DNA of 64,000 bases from an uncultured Coriobacteriaceae bacterium (GCA_964349355.1 CAYGFZ010000001.1:12441-76440); one strand, 5' to 3'. Shown: positions 1 through 8,882, counted from the first letter of the stretch. Notes: a model not told the origin generated them from the sequence alone. A program made the numbers and translations.

Positions 1-113
1 CGGCAAGATCGATGAGAGCCCAGACGGTGATAAGCAGCTGGACCGCCAGTAACCCGGCAAGGCCCCACACGACCCCTGTGGCTACATCGAGATTCGCTGC
101 GATGGTCTCGATC
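1..113 (-). CDS. small membrane protein, PLDc_N-like (N-terminal part only; gene runs off the window start)
   Basis: Not in the ORF track because it is cut by the window edge. Minus-strand ATG at 113..111 is preceded by AGGAGG (agaaggaggagacaagacATG). Hand translation MIETIAANLDVATGVVWGLAGLLAVQLLITVWALIDLA is one hydrophobic helix ending in a W-A-L-I-D motif, as in PF13396-type mini-proteins. It is the last gene of the TetR-MMPL operon direction. Confidence 0.4.
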
Positions 114-223
114 ATGTCTTGTCTCCTCCTTCTGATCATTCACCTGATGAGGGCGCATACCCTTTTCCACCTCCGAATCGCTTCCAAACTCCGTGCGGCG
201 AATGGCGGTAGAACGCGGTTTCC

Positions 224-2176
224 TTACTCCTCCGCCGAGGAAATCCCATCAAGTCTGAAGATGAATCTAACGTCGCCGGTGGCGCGGTCGGGCTTCCCGA
301 GGAACGTATCGTACTCCTCGGCCGCCAGCTCCATGCGGCGCACGGTCACCTCGCCAAGGCTCGCCTCGCCCAGACCTTCACCGATTCCGTCCGACATCGC
401 GCCGAGTCCATCGATTGTGGCAGAGATACCCGGCAGCTCCATCCCCTCGAGCGTCCCGCCGTCTCGGACAGCGAGCAGCGACACACGCAACTGTCCGAGC
501 ATCTCTGGTAACTCCTCGAGCGCACCAAGGCCCTCGGCAGCTGTCGCGATACCCGAACCGACCTCGCCGATTCCTCCGGCGACTCCGCGCAACCCCTCCC
601 GCGTGGTCACAAGTCCTGGCAACCGCTGTCCCTGGACGACTCCTCCATCACGCAGGGTCTCCAGTGCTGCGGCGAGCGCTTCGAACTGCCCGGGAAGACC
701 GGCCAGCGGAACAGTCCCTGACGCCAGTGCGTCGAGCGAATCGGCTATCTGTCCGAGTCCTGTGGCCAGCCCGTCGAGCGAATCGCGGGTTTCGATGAGC
801 CCGAGCGGCATCCCGAGCGCCTCGTTCCCGTCACGTAGCGCTTCGATCATGAGCGTCTGCGTGGAGAGTCCCGTCGCGATCTCGGTCACGGCCTCCACGG
901 TCGAGGTAGGCTCGATCGTCACCGTGTCGCCGGCCGAGGCAGCCACGAGGTCCCACGCCATGCTCTCGAGTTCGGCGTTCGATGCCGCGATCGCGTCCAG
1001 ATACGCGACCTGCCCGTCGATGAGCGCCACGAGTCCCGTTACTCCCTGCGCGGTATCTCGCACCCCCGATCCGATCACCTGGATCGCTCCGGGGACCTGG
1101 GCGAGACCCGAAAGATCCTGTCCGCGAATCCCTCCTATCACACCGTCGAGATAGGTGATCTGACCGTCAACGAGGTCGGCAAGCCCGTTTGCACCGGTGA
1201 CGATCTCACGTGCGCCTGCCGCGAGTTGCTCGAATCCCTCTCCCACGCCAGAGAGTCCCGCAAGTTCGTCGGTATCGATCCCGCCCGCAATGGCTCCAAG
1301 GACCTCGTGGTGACCTTCGGAGAGTCGTGCGAGACCGTTGAGCCCATCGCGGACCTCGCCGAGCTGATCGGTGACCGAAAAGTCCGGTGAACCCGCCATC
1401 TTCGGGAAGACCGAGACGACGATGGGCTCGATAGCGATATCGGTGCCGTCCATCTCGATCACAACCGTCTGCTCCGGCTGTGGGAACGCCATAAACGTAT
1501 GGCTGACCTTGGAACCGGTCACGGTCATGATCTCCGCATCGGCCTCGATGTTGCGAAACCGCGTCCCGTCCACGTCTATCATCACCGGAGCGAGCATCGG
1601 GACCCAGTACTCGACATCGTCGGTACGTACGACGCCATCGGCGTCCGCGTACGAAACGGTCTCCGTCACCACGAGTGAGTTCTTCACGGTGACCTCGATG
1701 CGGACGCGACCCGTTTCACCGGCGAGCTCATCAGGCTCGACAGCGCGACCGTCAAGGAAGTAGGCGGCTGAGACCTCGACGGGCAGCTCACGTTCGCTCT
1801 GAGCGCGGTAGAAGAAGTCACGGCGACCGTCGACATCCAACGTCCACTCGACACCCTCAGGCGTCAGTCTCGGCTCGATCTCATCTTTGAGGGCCTCGGC
1901 CGAGGTGAGGGGTCCCGGGTCGAGCACATCGAGCGTTCCGACACCCTCGACACGCAACCAATCGATGACAACAACGTCGCGTGGCTCGCCGAGCGAATCC
2001 GCAACGACGTATACGGTCTCATCATCGTGGATCTCGAAATCACCAGCAGCGCTCCTGCTCGATTCCGCGGTCGCCGGCAGGACCGCCGCAAGTGCGATCA
2101 CTCCCACGAGTACGACGGCGAGTAGTGCGGAACGGACAGTGTCCGATGTGATTCTCCTCGGCATGCTGGATCTCAC
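224..2176 (-). CDS. membrane-anchored or secreted protein with Leu/Gly heptad repeats (YhgE/Pip N-terminal-like), MMPL-associated
   Basis: 650-aa ORF with an N-terminal signal/anchor helix (ALLAVVLVGVIALAAVLPATA). A beta-rich region follows, then about 350 aa of L/G/A-rich helical repeats (LDGL, LxxGxxxL) resembling the X-X-X-Leu-X-X-Gly repeats of YhgE/Pip proteins. There is no C-terminal multi-TM block. The start at 2176 overlaps the MMPL stop (ATGA coupling). Confidence 0.7.
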   Translation of the reverse strand: MRSSMPRRITSDTVRSALLAVVLVGVIALAAVLPATAESSRSAAGDFEIHDDETVYVVADSLGEPRDVVVIDWLRVEGVGTLDVLDPGPLTSAEALKDEIEPRLTPEGVEWTLDVDGRRDFFYRAQSERELPVEVSAAYFLDGRAVEPDELAGETGRVRIEVTVKNSLVVTETVSYADADGVVRTDDVEYWVPMLAPVMIDVDGTRFRNIEADAEIMTVTGSKVSHTFMAFPQPEQTVVIEMDGTDIAIEPIVVSVFPKMAGSPDFSVTDQLGEVRDGLNGLARLSEGHHEVLGAIAGGIDTDELAGLSGVGEGFEQLAAGAREIVTGANGLADLVDGQITYLDGVIGGIRGQDLSGLAQVPGAIQVIGSGVRDTAQGVTGLVALIDGQVAYLDAIAASNAELESMAWDLVAASAGDTVTIEPTSTVEAVTEIATGLSTQTLMIEALRDGNEALGMPLGLIETRDSLDGLATGLGQIADSLDALASGTVPLAGLPGQFEALAAALETLRDGGVVQGQRLPGLVTTREGLRGVAGGIGEVGSGIATAAEGLGALEELPEMLGQLRVSLLAVRDGGTLEGMELPGISATIDGLGAMSDGIGEGLGEASLGEVTVRRMELAAEEYDTFLGKPDRATGDVRFIFRLDGISSAEE

Positions 2177-4245
2177 TTCCTCGGAATCTTCGGCCAGCCG
2201 AAACTGGCACGCTGCAGGACTGGCTGAGCGGCCACGAGCACCGCCGGGAGAAGAAACACGACCACCACGAAGCTGATGACGGCGCCCCTGGCGATCAGCA
2301 ACGTCAAGTCGGTCACGGTGCTGACACTGCTGAGGAACACAAGACCGATCGTGGCCGCGAACATAGTGCTGGCACTGACCAGGATCGACGGCGCGGCGCC
2401 TCCGAGAGCCTCACGCATCGCCTCCTCGCGGTCACCGCGAGCAGCGAGCTCCTCCTCGTAGCGGGTCGTCAAGATGATCGCGTAGTCGACTGTCGCACCG
2501 AGCTGGATCGCCCCGATCGCAAGTGTCGCGATGAATATGATGTCACCGGCGGCAAACGATGCGATCCCCTGGTTGAACAGGATCGCAAGCTGGATGGCGG
2601 CAAGCAGTACGACCGGGACAGCCAGCGATCGGAACACGATCGCGACGATCACCGCGATAGCCGCGATGGAGAGCAGGTTCACCCGGCCGACATCACCGCG
2701 CGAGGTCTCCTCCATGTCGCCGAAGAGCACGCTCTGACCGGTCACGTGTGCCGTGCCCGGGTAGGCGGCGGCCACCTGGCGCAGATCAGCGATGACATCA
2801 TCGGTACGCGAATCGCCGAAGTCGAAGGGGACATCGGCTCCCACGTAGGTGAATCCATCTTTGATGAACCCCTCGCGGGCCTCGGCCGGGATGAACTCGG
2901 CGGGAATAAGCGGCGAGACCGCGCGCGTGAACGATATGACGTCGCTCACGCCTTCGACACGCCCTACCTCGGTGGTGAGCCGGTCGAGATCGGCGATGCG
3001 CCCGGTATCCTCCGCGACCACAAAGAATGTCTGCGCACGGCCGAACTCGTCGGCGAGGCGCTCAGTTGCCACGAGAGCCGGCAGATCGTCCGGAAGAGCA
3101 CCATCAAGGTCGTAGCTGAGTTCAAGACGGTCATAACTCCACAGTGCGGGGATGAACGCGAGCACGAAGAGCAGTGTGACCGGTACCGCTCGCCTGGCAA
3201 GCCAGCCACCCAACGCGTGAAAGTCCGGCAAGTGGACCTTGTGTGCGAATCGGCGAATAGCCCTGTCGAACGTCAGCAGGAGCGCGGGGAGGACCGTCAT
3301 CACGGCGATGACCGTGATGACCACGCCGCGGGCCAGCGTGAACCCCATGTCGGCACCGAAACCGAGGCGCATGGCCCCGAGCGCCAGGAAACCCGCCGTG
3401 GTGGTGAGGGCTGCGGCAAGAACAGACTTGGACGTCGCGACGATCGCGTTGACCATCGCACGCTCGTTGTCGGCGCGCACCCGCTCGTGCTCGTAGCGGT
3501 GGTAGAGGAACAGTGCGTAGTCCATGGTGACGGCAAACTGGAGAGCAAGCACGATCACACCGGTCAGGTACGACATCTCCTGCCCGAGATAGAAGGCTGC
3601 GCCGAGGTTGTAGACGACCGCAAGTCCGATCGTGACCACGAACAGGACGGGCACTATGACCGAAGGGATGGTCAGCAGGAGCGCAATCGAGACCAGCACC
3701 AGCGCAGCGATCGTGAACCGGGCGCTGTCGGCATCCATTACGTCTTCGAGTTCGAGTTGCTCGACACCCGATATGTAGGTCTCCTCGGCGGCCATAGCCT
3801 CGCGAAGCTCGGTGACGGCTGCGCGGGTGAGGGGGTCATTCGCGCTTTCGGTGAAGCTGACCTGGAAGAAGGTCGCATCCCCCGCGAAGTATGAATCGGC
3901 GAGGTCGTGGTCCCAGAACGGACGTGGCACGGCCAGATCGCCGAGATCGTCGACCCAGGTGACCTCCTCGATGCCGTCGATCTGTTGCACGCGCGCAGTG
4001 ATCGCCTGAACGGTGCGATCCGACGCGCCGACAACCATCACCTGCGCCGTGTTACCGAGCGCGAAATCTCCCGAGAGAACCTCGAAGCCTTGCACTGAGT
4101 CGAGATCGTCGGGCAGGTAGGAAAGCATGTCGTAGTTGATGGACGTGTTCATCATGCCGAACACACCGAAGACCAGCAGCAGACCCGCCAACGCAAAGAC
4201 GGCCTTGCGCTTGTAGACGACCAGCTCCGCGAAGCGCCTCAGCAT
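2173..4245 (-). CDS. MMPL-family (RND superfamily) transporter
   Basis: 690 aa with two blocks of hydrophobic helices separated by soluble loops. The N-terminus (KRKAVFALAGLLLVFGVFGMMNTSINYDMLSYLPDDLDSVQGFEVL) is typical of MMPL-domain exporters. The start overlaps the TetR stop. Confidence 0.9.
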   Translation of the reverse strand: MLRRFAELVVYKRKAVFALAGLLLVFGVFGMMNTSINYDMLSYLPDDLDSVQGFEVLSGDFALGNTAQVMVVGASDRTVQAITARVQQIDGIEEVTWVDDLGDLAVPRPFWDHDLADSYFAGDATFFQVSFTESANDPLTRAAVTELREAMAAEETYISGVEQLELEDVMDADSARFTIAALVLVSIALLLTIPSVIVPVLFVVTIGLAVVYNLGAAFYLGQEMSYLTGVIVLALQFAVTMDYALFLYHRYEHERVRADNERAMVNAIVATSKSVLAAALTTTAGFLALGAMRLGFGADMGFTLARGVVITVIAVMTVLPALLLTFDRAIRRFAHKVHLPDFHALGGWLARRAVPVTLLFVLAFIPALWSYDRLELSYDLDGALPDDLPALVATERLADEFGRAQTFFVVAEDTGRIADLDRLTTEVGRVEGVSDVISFTRAVSPLIPAEFIPAEAREGFIKDGFTYVGADVPFDFGDSRTDDVIADLRQVAAAYPGTAHVTGQSVLFGDMEETSRGDVGRVNLLSIAAIAVIVAIVFRSLAVPVVLLAAIQLAILFNQGIASFAAGDIIFIATLAIGAIQLGATVDYAIILTTRYEEELAARGDREEAMREALGGAAPSILVSASTMFAATIGLVFLSSVSTVTDLTLLIARGAVISFVVVVFLLPAVLVAAQPVLQRASFGWPKIPRK

Positions 4246-4895
4246 CAGCGAGCGATCCCATCGAAGAAAAGCCGCGCGATGAACGCGGCATGATCTTCAT
4301 CGGTGGTAACGCCGATGCGATCCTCGTACGGAACACTGAGCGCGCCCGCGGCAACACGCGTGTTGACCAGGCCGAAGAGGCACTCAGCGGCCATCCACGG
4401 GTCGACCGGCTCAAACTCACCGGCTTCGATGCCCTCGGTGATGACGGCGGCGAGCGCCTCGATGGTGCGAGAAATGGCGGTCAGCAGCTCTGCGGCGAGC
4501 GGGCCTTCGGGGTCGGTAATGGGACGGATGAGGATCCGCACAAGCCCTTCGTCGGCGCTCACGTCCTCGATCCGCATGGTGATGAAGCGCTCCAGGCGCT
4601 CCCGTGCTGCTGTGCCGGGAGCGAGGGCCGCCCGGGAGCGCGCGTCGAACACCTCGCCTGCCCGCTCGACGATCGCGCGCAGCAGCGACTCCTTGTCGGA
4701 GTAGTGATAGTAGATGAGCGCGGTCGAGACGCCGCACGTCTGCGCGATGTCGGCGACAGCGACCGCTTCGTAGCCCCTGCGGCCGAAGAGCTCTATCGCG
4801 CACCCGAGAATCCGCTCGCGGGTGTCGAGAATCGCGTCATCGCCGTGCGACGGGTGCCGTGCGACGGAGTCTGGATCGCGTGTAGGTCCTGGCAT
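4245..4895 (-). CDS. TetR/AcrR-family transcriptional regulator
   Basis: HTH signature ILGCAIELFGRRGYEAVAVADIAQTCGVSTALIYYHYSDKESLL. GGGGGAG Shine-Dalgarno (SD) upstream of the ATG at 4895. First gene of the MMPL operon. Confidence 0.9.
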   Translation of the reverse strand: MPGPTRDPDSVARHPSHGDDAILDTRERILGCAIELFGRRGYEAVAVADIAQTCGVSTALIYYHYSDKESLLRAIVERAGEVFDARSRAALAPGTAARERLERFITMRIEDVSADEGLVRILIRPITDPEGPLAAELLTAISRTIEALAAVITEGIEAGEFEPVDPWMAAECLFGLVNTRVAAGALSVPYEDRIGVTTDEDHAAFIARLFFDGIAR

Positions 4896-4967
4896 CGGGC
4901 ATCTCCCCCGGAGAGCGGGTGTGAACTGCGGGTACGCTCTGCGTTCGCACGGACGGCCGGAGTCCTG

Positions 4968-4981
4968 ACTGAACGTTCAGT
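4968..4981. promoter_or_regulatory. candidate TetR operator (perfect 14-bp palindrome ACTGAACGTTCAGT)
   Basis: A perfect palindrome centred between 4974 and 4975, about 73 bp upstream of the TetR start. It is the only strong dyad in the 4896..5034 intergenic region. Confidence 0.45.
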
Positions 4982-5034
4982 TACCATGTTGTGCCGATGG
5001 GACGAGGATGTCAACGGATCGAGCAGCCTCGCCT

Positions 5035-5700
5035 TCACCCCTCGATGACCGCCCGGTGCGCGAGCAATACTTTCCGAACCGCGGCAAGCCCGGCCCCCTC
5101 GTCGATCGCGATGGACGCCCGCACGGCGAGCGCTCCCTCGGCCATGTCGTGGTAGAGCGCGTAGGTGAGCCGGTCCTCGTCGTGCCGCGCGCGCCACACC
5201 AACCCTGCTGCACCCGGCGCACACGCGCACGCCGCCCTCCCCCACTCCCGCGTCAAAGGGTAGTCAGCCGAATCTGACTTCGTGAGCCACAGGCCCTGTC
5301 CCACGAGCCCCGCGTTCGCGCCGTGCAAGGCCACCAGCGCGAGATCACGAGTGACCTCAAGCACGGAGACCGACCTGCCGAGCACCCCGCGTATCGGCAC
5401 TGCCCGCGCCCCCTCGCCGGCGAGGGGGACGTCGCGCAAGACCACTTCGGCGACCGCGCCTTCGAGCGAGTCCGCCGCGTAGAGTACCCCAGGGTGACCT
5501 GTGGGCGAGTTGAAGCGGCCTCCGGTGAAGCCGTCCGGCACGCTCACATCGAACGAGATCGCGTCACGCGCCTGTGAGTGGATGCGCCAGAGCCGCGAAC
5601 CGGCGGACAGGATCTCGGTGGCGGGCCGTCCGATGATGCCGTCTGTCGGCGGCAGGCGGCGCTGGTCGACCCACGGGTCGCCCCCTCTCGCACCTGTCAC
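5035..5700 (-). CDS. RES-domain toxin (MbcT/PrsT-like NAD+-targeting family)
   Basis: 221 aa. Motifs LWRIH...GRFNSP..GVLYAADSLEGAVAEVVLR fit the R-E-S family layout. The start overlaps the upstream antitoxin stop by 4 nt. Confidence 0.85.
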   Translation of the reverse strand: MTGARGGDPWVDQRRLPPTDGIIGRPATEILSAGSRLWRIHSQARDAISFDVSVPDGFTGGRFNSPTGHPGVLYAADSLEGAVAEVVLRDVPLAGEGARAVPIRGVLGRSVSVLEVTRDLALVALHGANAGLVGQGLWLTKSDSADYPLTREWGRAACACAPGAAGLVWRARHDEDRLTYALYHDMAEGALAVRASIAIDEGAGLAAVRKVLLAHRAVIEG

Positions 5701-6404
5701 ACCGCGTCATCCTCGGCGAGCGACTCCGCGAGCGCGACGATCTCAGCCTCGCGCTCTTCATCCCCCAGCAGGTCCGCCGGTGCCGTGCCGCCCAGCCGCC
5801 CGCTGGGAGCGAGCCACCACGATGCAACTCCCCACGGGTCTTCAGCAGCGCAGAGCAGCATGTTAGCCTGCTCGGCTGCCGGGTACACCCTACCGCGCGC
5901 AGAGTCGATCTGAAACGCCGGATAGAGGTACTGGTTGCGATGCGGCACGCCGAGGAGCCGGCTCGCGACCCGCCTGCGGTTCGCGAGTTGACGCGGATTC
6001 TTCGAGCTCGACCCCAGCAGGTGTGACACGGCAGACGCCGTCAGGAGCTCGGACTCGTAGACGCGGGCCCGTACCTGGCCACGGAGCGCGCTTTCGGTAA
6101 GCACATCGGCATCATTGAAACGCGGGAGCTCGACCTCGTCGACAACGATGCACGGGTCGCCTGCGAGCTCCTCGGCGAGACCCTCTGCAAGGCCTGCCGA
6201 GCGCAGGAACGCGAGAAGCGACACGCGATGACGACCGAGTCCCGGAAGCGTCGGGCTCACCTCGGCAGCGAACGAGACCAGCGCGCGCTCGCGTTCAGCA
6301 GCGGTCTTCGCGCCCGCGAGTAAACTGACCGCCCGCTCCCACTCATCGGCGGGGGGGGCGTGTGGCTCTGCGGCGACGCGCGAACGATCGATCTTCGAGC
6401 ACAT
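5697..6404 (-). CDS. Xre/MbcA/ParS-type antitoxin with C-terminal DUF2384 toxin-binding domain (long N-terminal extension)
   Basis: The C-terminus (AAEDPWGVASWWLAPSGRLGGTAPADLL) matches the DUF2384 pattern. The track ORF is over-extended to 6557. The ATG at 6404 has GGAGG 5 nt upstream (ggaggtcgccATG), and this start removes the overlap with the next gene. Confidence 0.75.
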   Translation of the reverse strand: MCSKIDRSRVAAEPHAPPADEWERAVSLLAGAKTAAERERALVSFAAEVSPTLPGLGRHRVSLLAFLRSAGLAEGLAEELAGDPCIVVDEVELPRFNDADVLTESALRGQVRARVYESELLTASAVSHLLGSSSKNPRQLANRRRVASRLLGVPHRNQYLYPAFQIDSARGRVYPAAEQANMLLCAAEDPWGVASWWLAPSGRLGGTAPADLLGDEEREAEIVALAESLAEDDAV

Positions 6405-6429
6405 GGCGACCTCCCATCGGGCTACTCTC

Positions 6430-6475
6430 GGACGATATGATACATACGATACGGATGCGTTCATCGTATCATACG
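6430..6475 (-). promoter_or_regulatory. AT-rich promoter/operator candidate of the Xre-RES operon
   Basis: A locally AT-rich stretch (gatatgatacatacgatacggatgcgttcatcgtatcatacg). It carries the inverted repeat TATGATAC (6436-6443) / GTATCATA (6466-6473) and repeated GATAC units, 30-70 bp upstream of the antitoxin start. Confidence 0.3.
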
Positions 6476-6495
6476 TACCCTCGCCGGCGAGGATG

Positions 6496-7650
6496 CTAAC
6501 GGGAGCAGGCTTCCCGGTTACCGTCCCCCGCTGCCACCCTCGCGAACTCCTCGGCAAAACGCGAAGCGAGGCGCTCGAAGGTGAATCCCTCGGCCATCTC
6601 GCGCGCGGCGAAGGGTACCGGCGGGTCGAGGATCAGCGAGCGCAGCTTGGCCACAAGCGCGCCCGGGTGCTCGTAACGGAACTCGGGCGCATAGAGGTCG
6701 GGGTATGCAAGGCGATCGGGCACGAGCGGGTAGGCGCCGCAGTAGCACGCCTCGACCATCGCCAGGCCAAAGAACTCGTTGATCGCTGTCGAGACAGCGA
6801 TGTCTGCCGAGGCGAGGAGTTCCGCGTACGCCCCGCGCGATCCCGGCTCGCCGGCGTGCACGAGCCGGTCGCCGAGGGCCGCGGCGGCCTGCTGCATGAG
6901 GTCGGCGGTCTCGCGGAACGCCTGGCCGGCGATGGCGACCTCGAAGTCGAGCCCCTCGCCCGCCAGCGTGCTGACCGCGGCGAAGAACGCCTCCGGGTCC
7001 TTGTCGTGCTCCCAGCGATGCGGCCATACGATGCGGGGTCGACGGCCACGAGTCGGCGGCAGCACGTGATCGAAGGGCACCGGATCGAACGGGGGCGCCA
7101 ACACCGCAGACTTCTCGGCGATTTGCTCGGCGACGCCCCGTGGATGGTGATCGGGGAACCGTTTCAGGAACGGCCCGCTCTCGCCGACGAACCGCTCGAG
7201 GTTCCAGCGCGTATTGAAGAGGCAACGCTGCGCAGCGAGTGCGCTCGTGATGTTGGTGAGAGGGAACTGGAAGTCCCACTCGGCCTCGTGCCGGTTGGGG
7301 TAGACGAGCTGGTTCTCGTGGAAGTAGACGATCGCGGGGACAGCGGCGAGTTCGGGACCCGCCAGGCCCTTGAACTCGGCGAGGTTCACGAAGGTAGAGG
7401 CGAACACCAGGTCGAAAGCGGGTCCCTCCCCTCCCGCAGTGCGCCATGCCTCGGCGAGCGCGCGCGCCTCGGCAGCCATCGAGATCGCCGCACCGCGCAT
7501 CCGCCACTTCCACTTTCGTGCAGGTAGTGTGAGCAAAGTCCACCCGGCATCCACATGCTCCACGAGCCCATCGAGAACCGCACGATGCGAGCCGCCGTAG
7601 TAGGGCTCGAGCGCGAGGATCCGCAGTCGACCTCCCCTGCCCGCATCCAT
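6496..7650 (-). CDS. glycosyltransferase, DUF3524 (QTMAN N-terminal-like) + GT1 family
   Basis: 384 aa. N-terminus RILALEPYYGGSHRAVLDGL...LTLPARKWKWRMRGAA, then VYFHENQLVYP and LFNTRWN motifs (the HENQ / FNS-type signatures of PF12038), followed by a GT-B C-terminal half. The ATG overlaps the thiI stop (TGATG). Confidence 0.8.
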   Translation of the reverse strand: MDAGRGGRLRILALEPYYGGSHRAVLDGLVEHVDAGWTLLTLPARKWKWRMRGAAISMAAEARALAEAWRTAGGEGPAFDLVFASTFVNLAEFKGLAGPELAAVPAIVYFHENQLVYPNRHEAEWDFQFPLTNITSALAAQRCLFNTRWNLERFVGESGPFLKRFPDHHPRGVAEQIAEKSAVLAPPFDPVPFDHVLPPTRGRRPRIVWPHRWEHDKDPEAFFAAVSTLAGEGLDFEVAIAGQAFRETADLMQQAAAALGDRLVHAGEPGSRGAYAELLASADIAVSTAINEFFGLAMVEACYCGAYPLVPDRLAYPDLYAPEFRYEHPGALVAKLRSLILDPPVPFAAREMAEGFTFERLASRFAEEFARVAAGDGNREACSR

Positions 7651-8873
7651 CAGCGCGCCTCTGCGGGAACGACACCCTCGGGCAGCCGTTTCGGCGCACG
7701 ATAGGCGGGCGAGCCGAAGTCACGGTAGACCGCCGAGGAGACTGCGTCGGCGACCATGCGCTCCATGTCGAGCAGCTCTTCTGCGGCGCGGACCTCGGCG
7801 ACGGTAGCGCGTGTGGCGGGGGTCCTCGGCATGAAGAGCGTGCAGCAGTCGGTGTGGTCGACAGTGGACAGCTCGAAGGTGCCGATCCGGCGAGCCTCGA
7901 TGATGATCTCGACCTTGTCGGTACCGATCAACGGCCGCAGCACGGGCAGGGTCGCGGCATCATCGACCGCGGCGATGTTCTCGAGCGTCTGGGACGCGAC
8001 CTGGCCGAGACTCTCGCCCGTCACAAGCGCCCGGGCGCCCTCGACCGCGGCGAACTCCTCGGCCACCCGGACCATCACGCGGCGGTAGAGTAGCACGCGC
8101 AGGTCGGGTGGGACGGCGAGCGATATCTCGCGCTGCAGATCGCCGAAGGGGACCACGTAGATGCGGGCCATGCCGCCGTAGAGCGAAAGCGCCGCACCGA
8201 TCTCGGCGACGAGCCTCTCGGAACGATCGTCGGTCTGCGGGCGCCCTGAGAAGTGAACGCCCACGACGACGGCACCTCGCTTCATGAGACGCCAGGTAGC
8301 CACGGGCGAGTCGATGCCAGCGGACAGGAGCGAGACCACCGTACCCGCCGTTCCGACAGGAAGGCCACCGGAGCCGGGAAATTTGCGCGAGAAGATGAAC
8401 GCGTCGCCCTGCACGACCTCGATGAAGCACCATGCGTCCGGGTTCGAGAGATCGACACGCAGTCCGGTCTCGTCGACGACATGCTGGCCGATAGCACGTT
8501 TCATCTGTAAGGAAGAGACCGGGTGGTCGGTGTTGGAGCGTCGCGCCTCGATCCCGAAACTCTTCGCACCCGGGACATCGCCCACTGCGAGCAGCACAGC
8601 AGCCTTCATGTCGTGTGCCTCACGGGAGGAGATGTAGACGGGTGCGGCGTAGGAGACCCCGGGAATCGCAGCCGCGCGCCCGCACACTTCATCGAGACGC
8701 GAGGTATCGGTCACCCGCACCAGCAAGCGGCTCGAAATGCGCTCGACCTTCTCGACCGGCATCCCGGCTAGAGCAGCATCGAGGTTATCCCGGAGGCGGA
8801 TCTCGAAAGTGGAGCGGTTGCGCCCCTTGAGCCCGATCTCGTGATAGTGGATGAGTGCACCGCGCTCGAACAT
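7650..8873 (-). CDS. thiI: tRNA 4-thiouridine(8) synthase ThiI (no rhodanese domain)
   Basis: N-terminus HYHEIGLKGRNRSTFE (ferredoxin-like/THUMP), PP-loop SAGIDSPVA. 407 aa. Confidence 0.9.
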   Translation of the reverse strand: MFERGALIHYHEIGLKGRNRSTFEIRLRDNLDAALAGMPVEKVERISSRLLVRVTDTSRLDEVCGRAAAIPGVSYAAPVYISSREAHDMKAAVLLAVGDVPGAKSFGIEARRSNTDHPVSSLQMKRAIGQHVVDETGLRVDLSNPDAWCFIEVVQGDAFIFSRKFPGSGGLPVGTAGTVVSLLSAGIDSPVATWRLMKRGAVVVGVHFSGRPQTDDRSERLVAEIGAALSLYGGMARIYVVPFGDLQREISLAVPPDLRVLLYRRVMVRVAEEFAAVEGARALVTGESLGQVASQTLENIAAVDDAATLPVLRPLIGTDKVEIIIEARRIGTFELSTVDHTDCCTLFMPRTPATRATVAEVRAAEELLDMERMVADAVSSAVYRDFGSPAYRAPKRLPEGVVPAEAR

Positions 8874-8882
8874 GGCACCGCG

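Noticed and set aside
12-1154. 380-aa plus-strand ORF, and similar long ORFs at 2746..3894, 6403..7527, 6518..7723, 10716..11867, 12982..14049, 14810..15934, 32022..33080, 45364..46263, 56514..57344 and 59264..60532.
   Set aside because: All lie antisense to or out of frame with genes that have clear family motifs. Their translations are Arg/Ser/Pro/Ala-rich low-complexity strings with no recognisable motifs. These are the usual shadow ORFs of high-GC DNA.
8605-8635. Second UCCCGUGAGGC motif (PyrR-loop-like) on the minus strand.
   Set aside because: It lies in the middle of the thiI coding sequence, lacks the CUUUAA and AAGG flanks and a terminator, and has no pyrimidine gene downstream. It is probably chance in GC-rich DNA.
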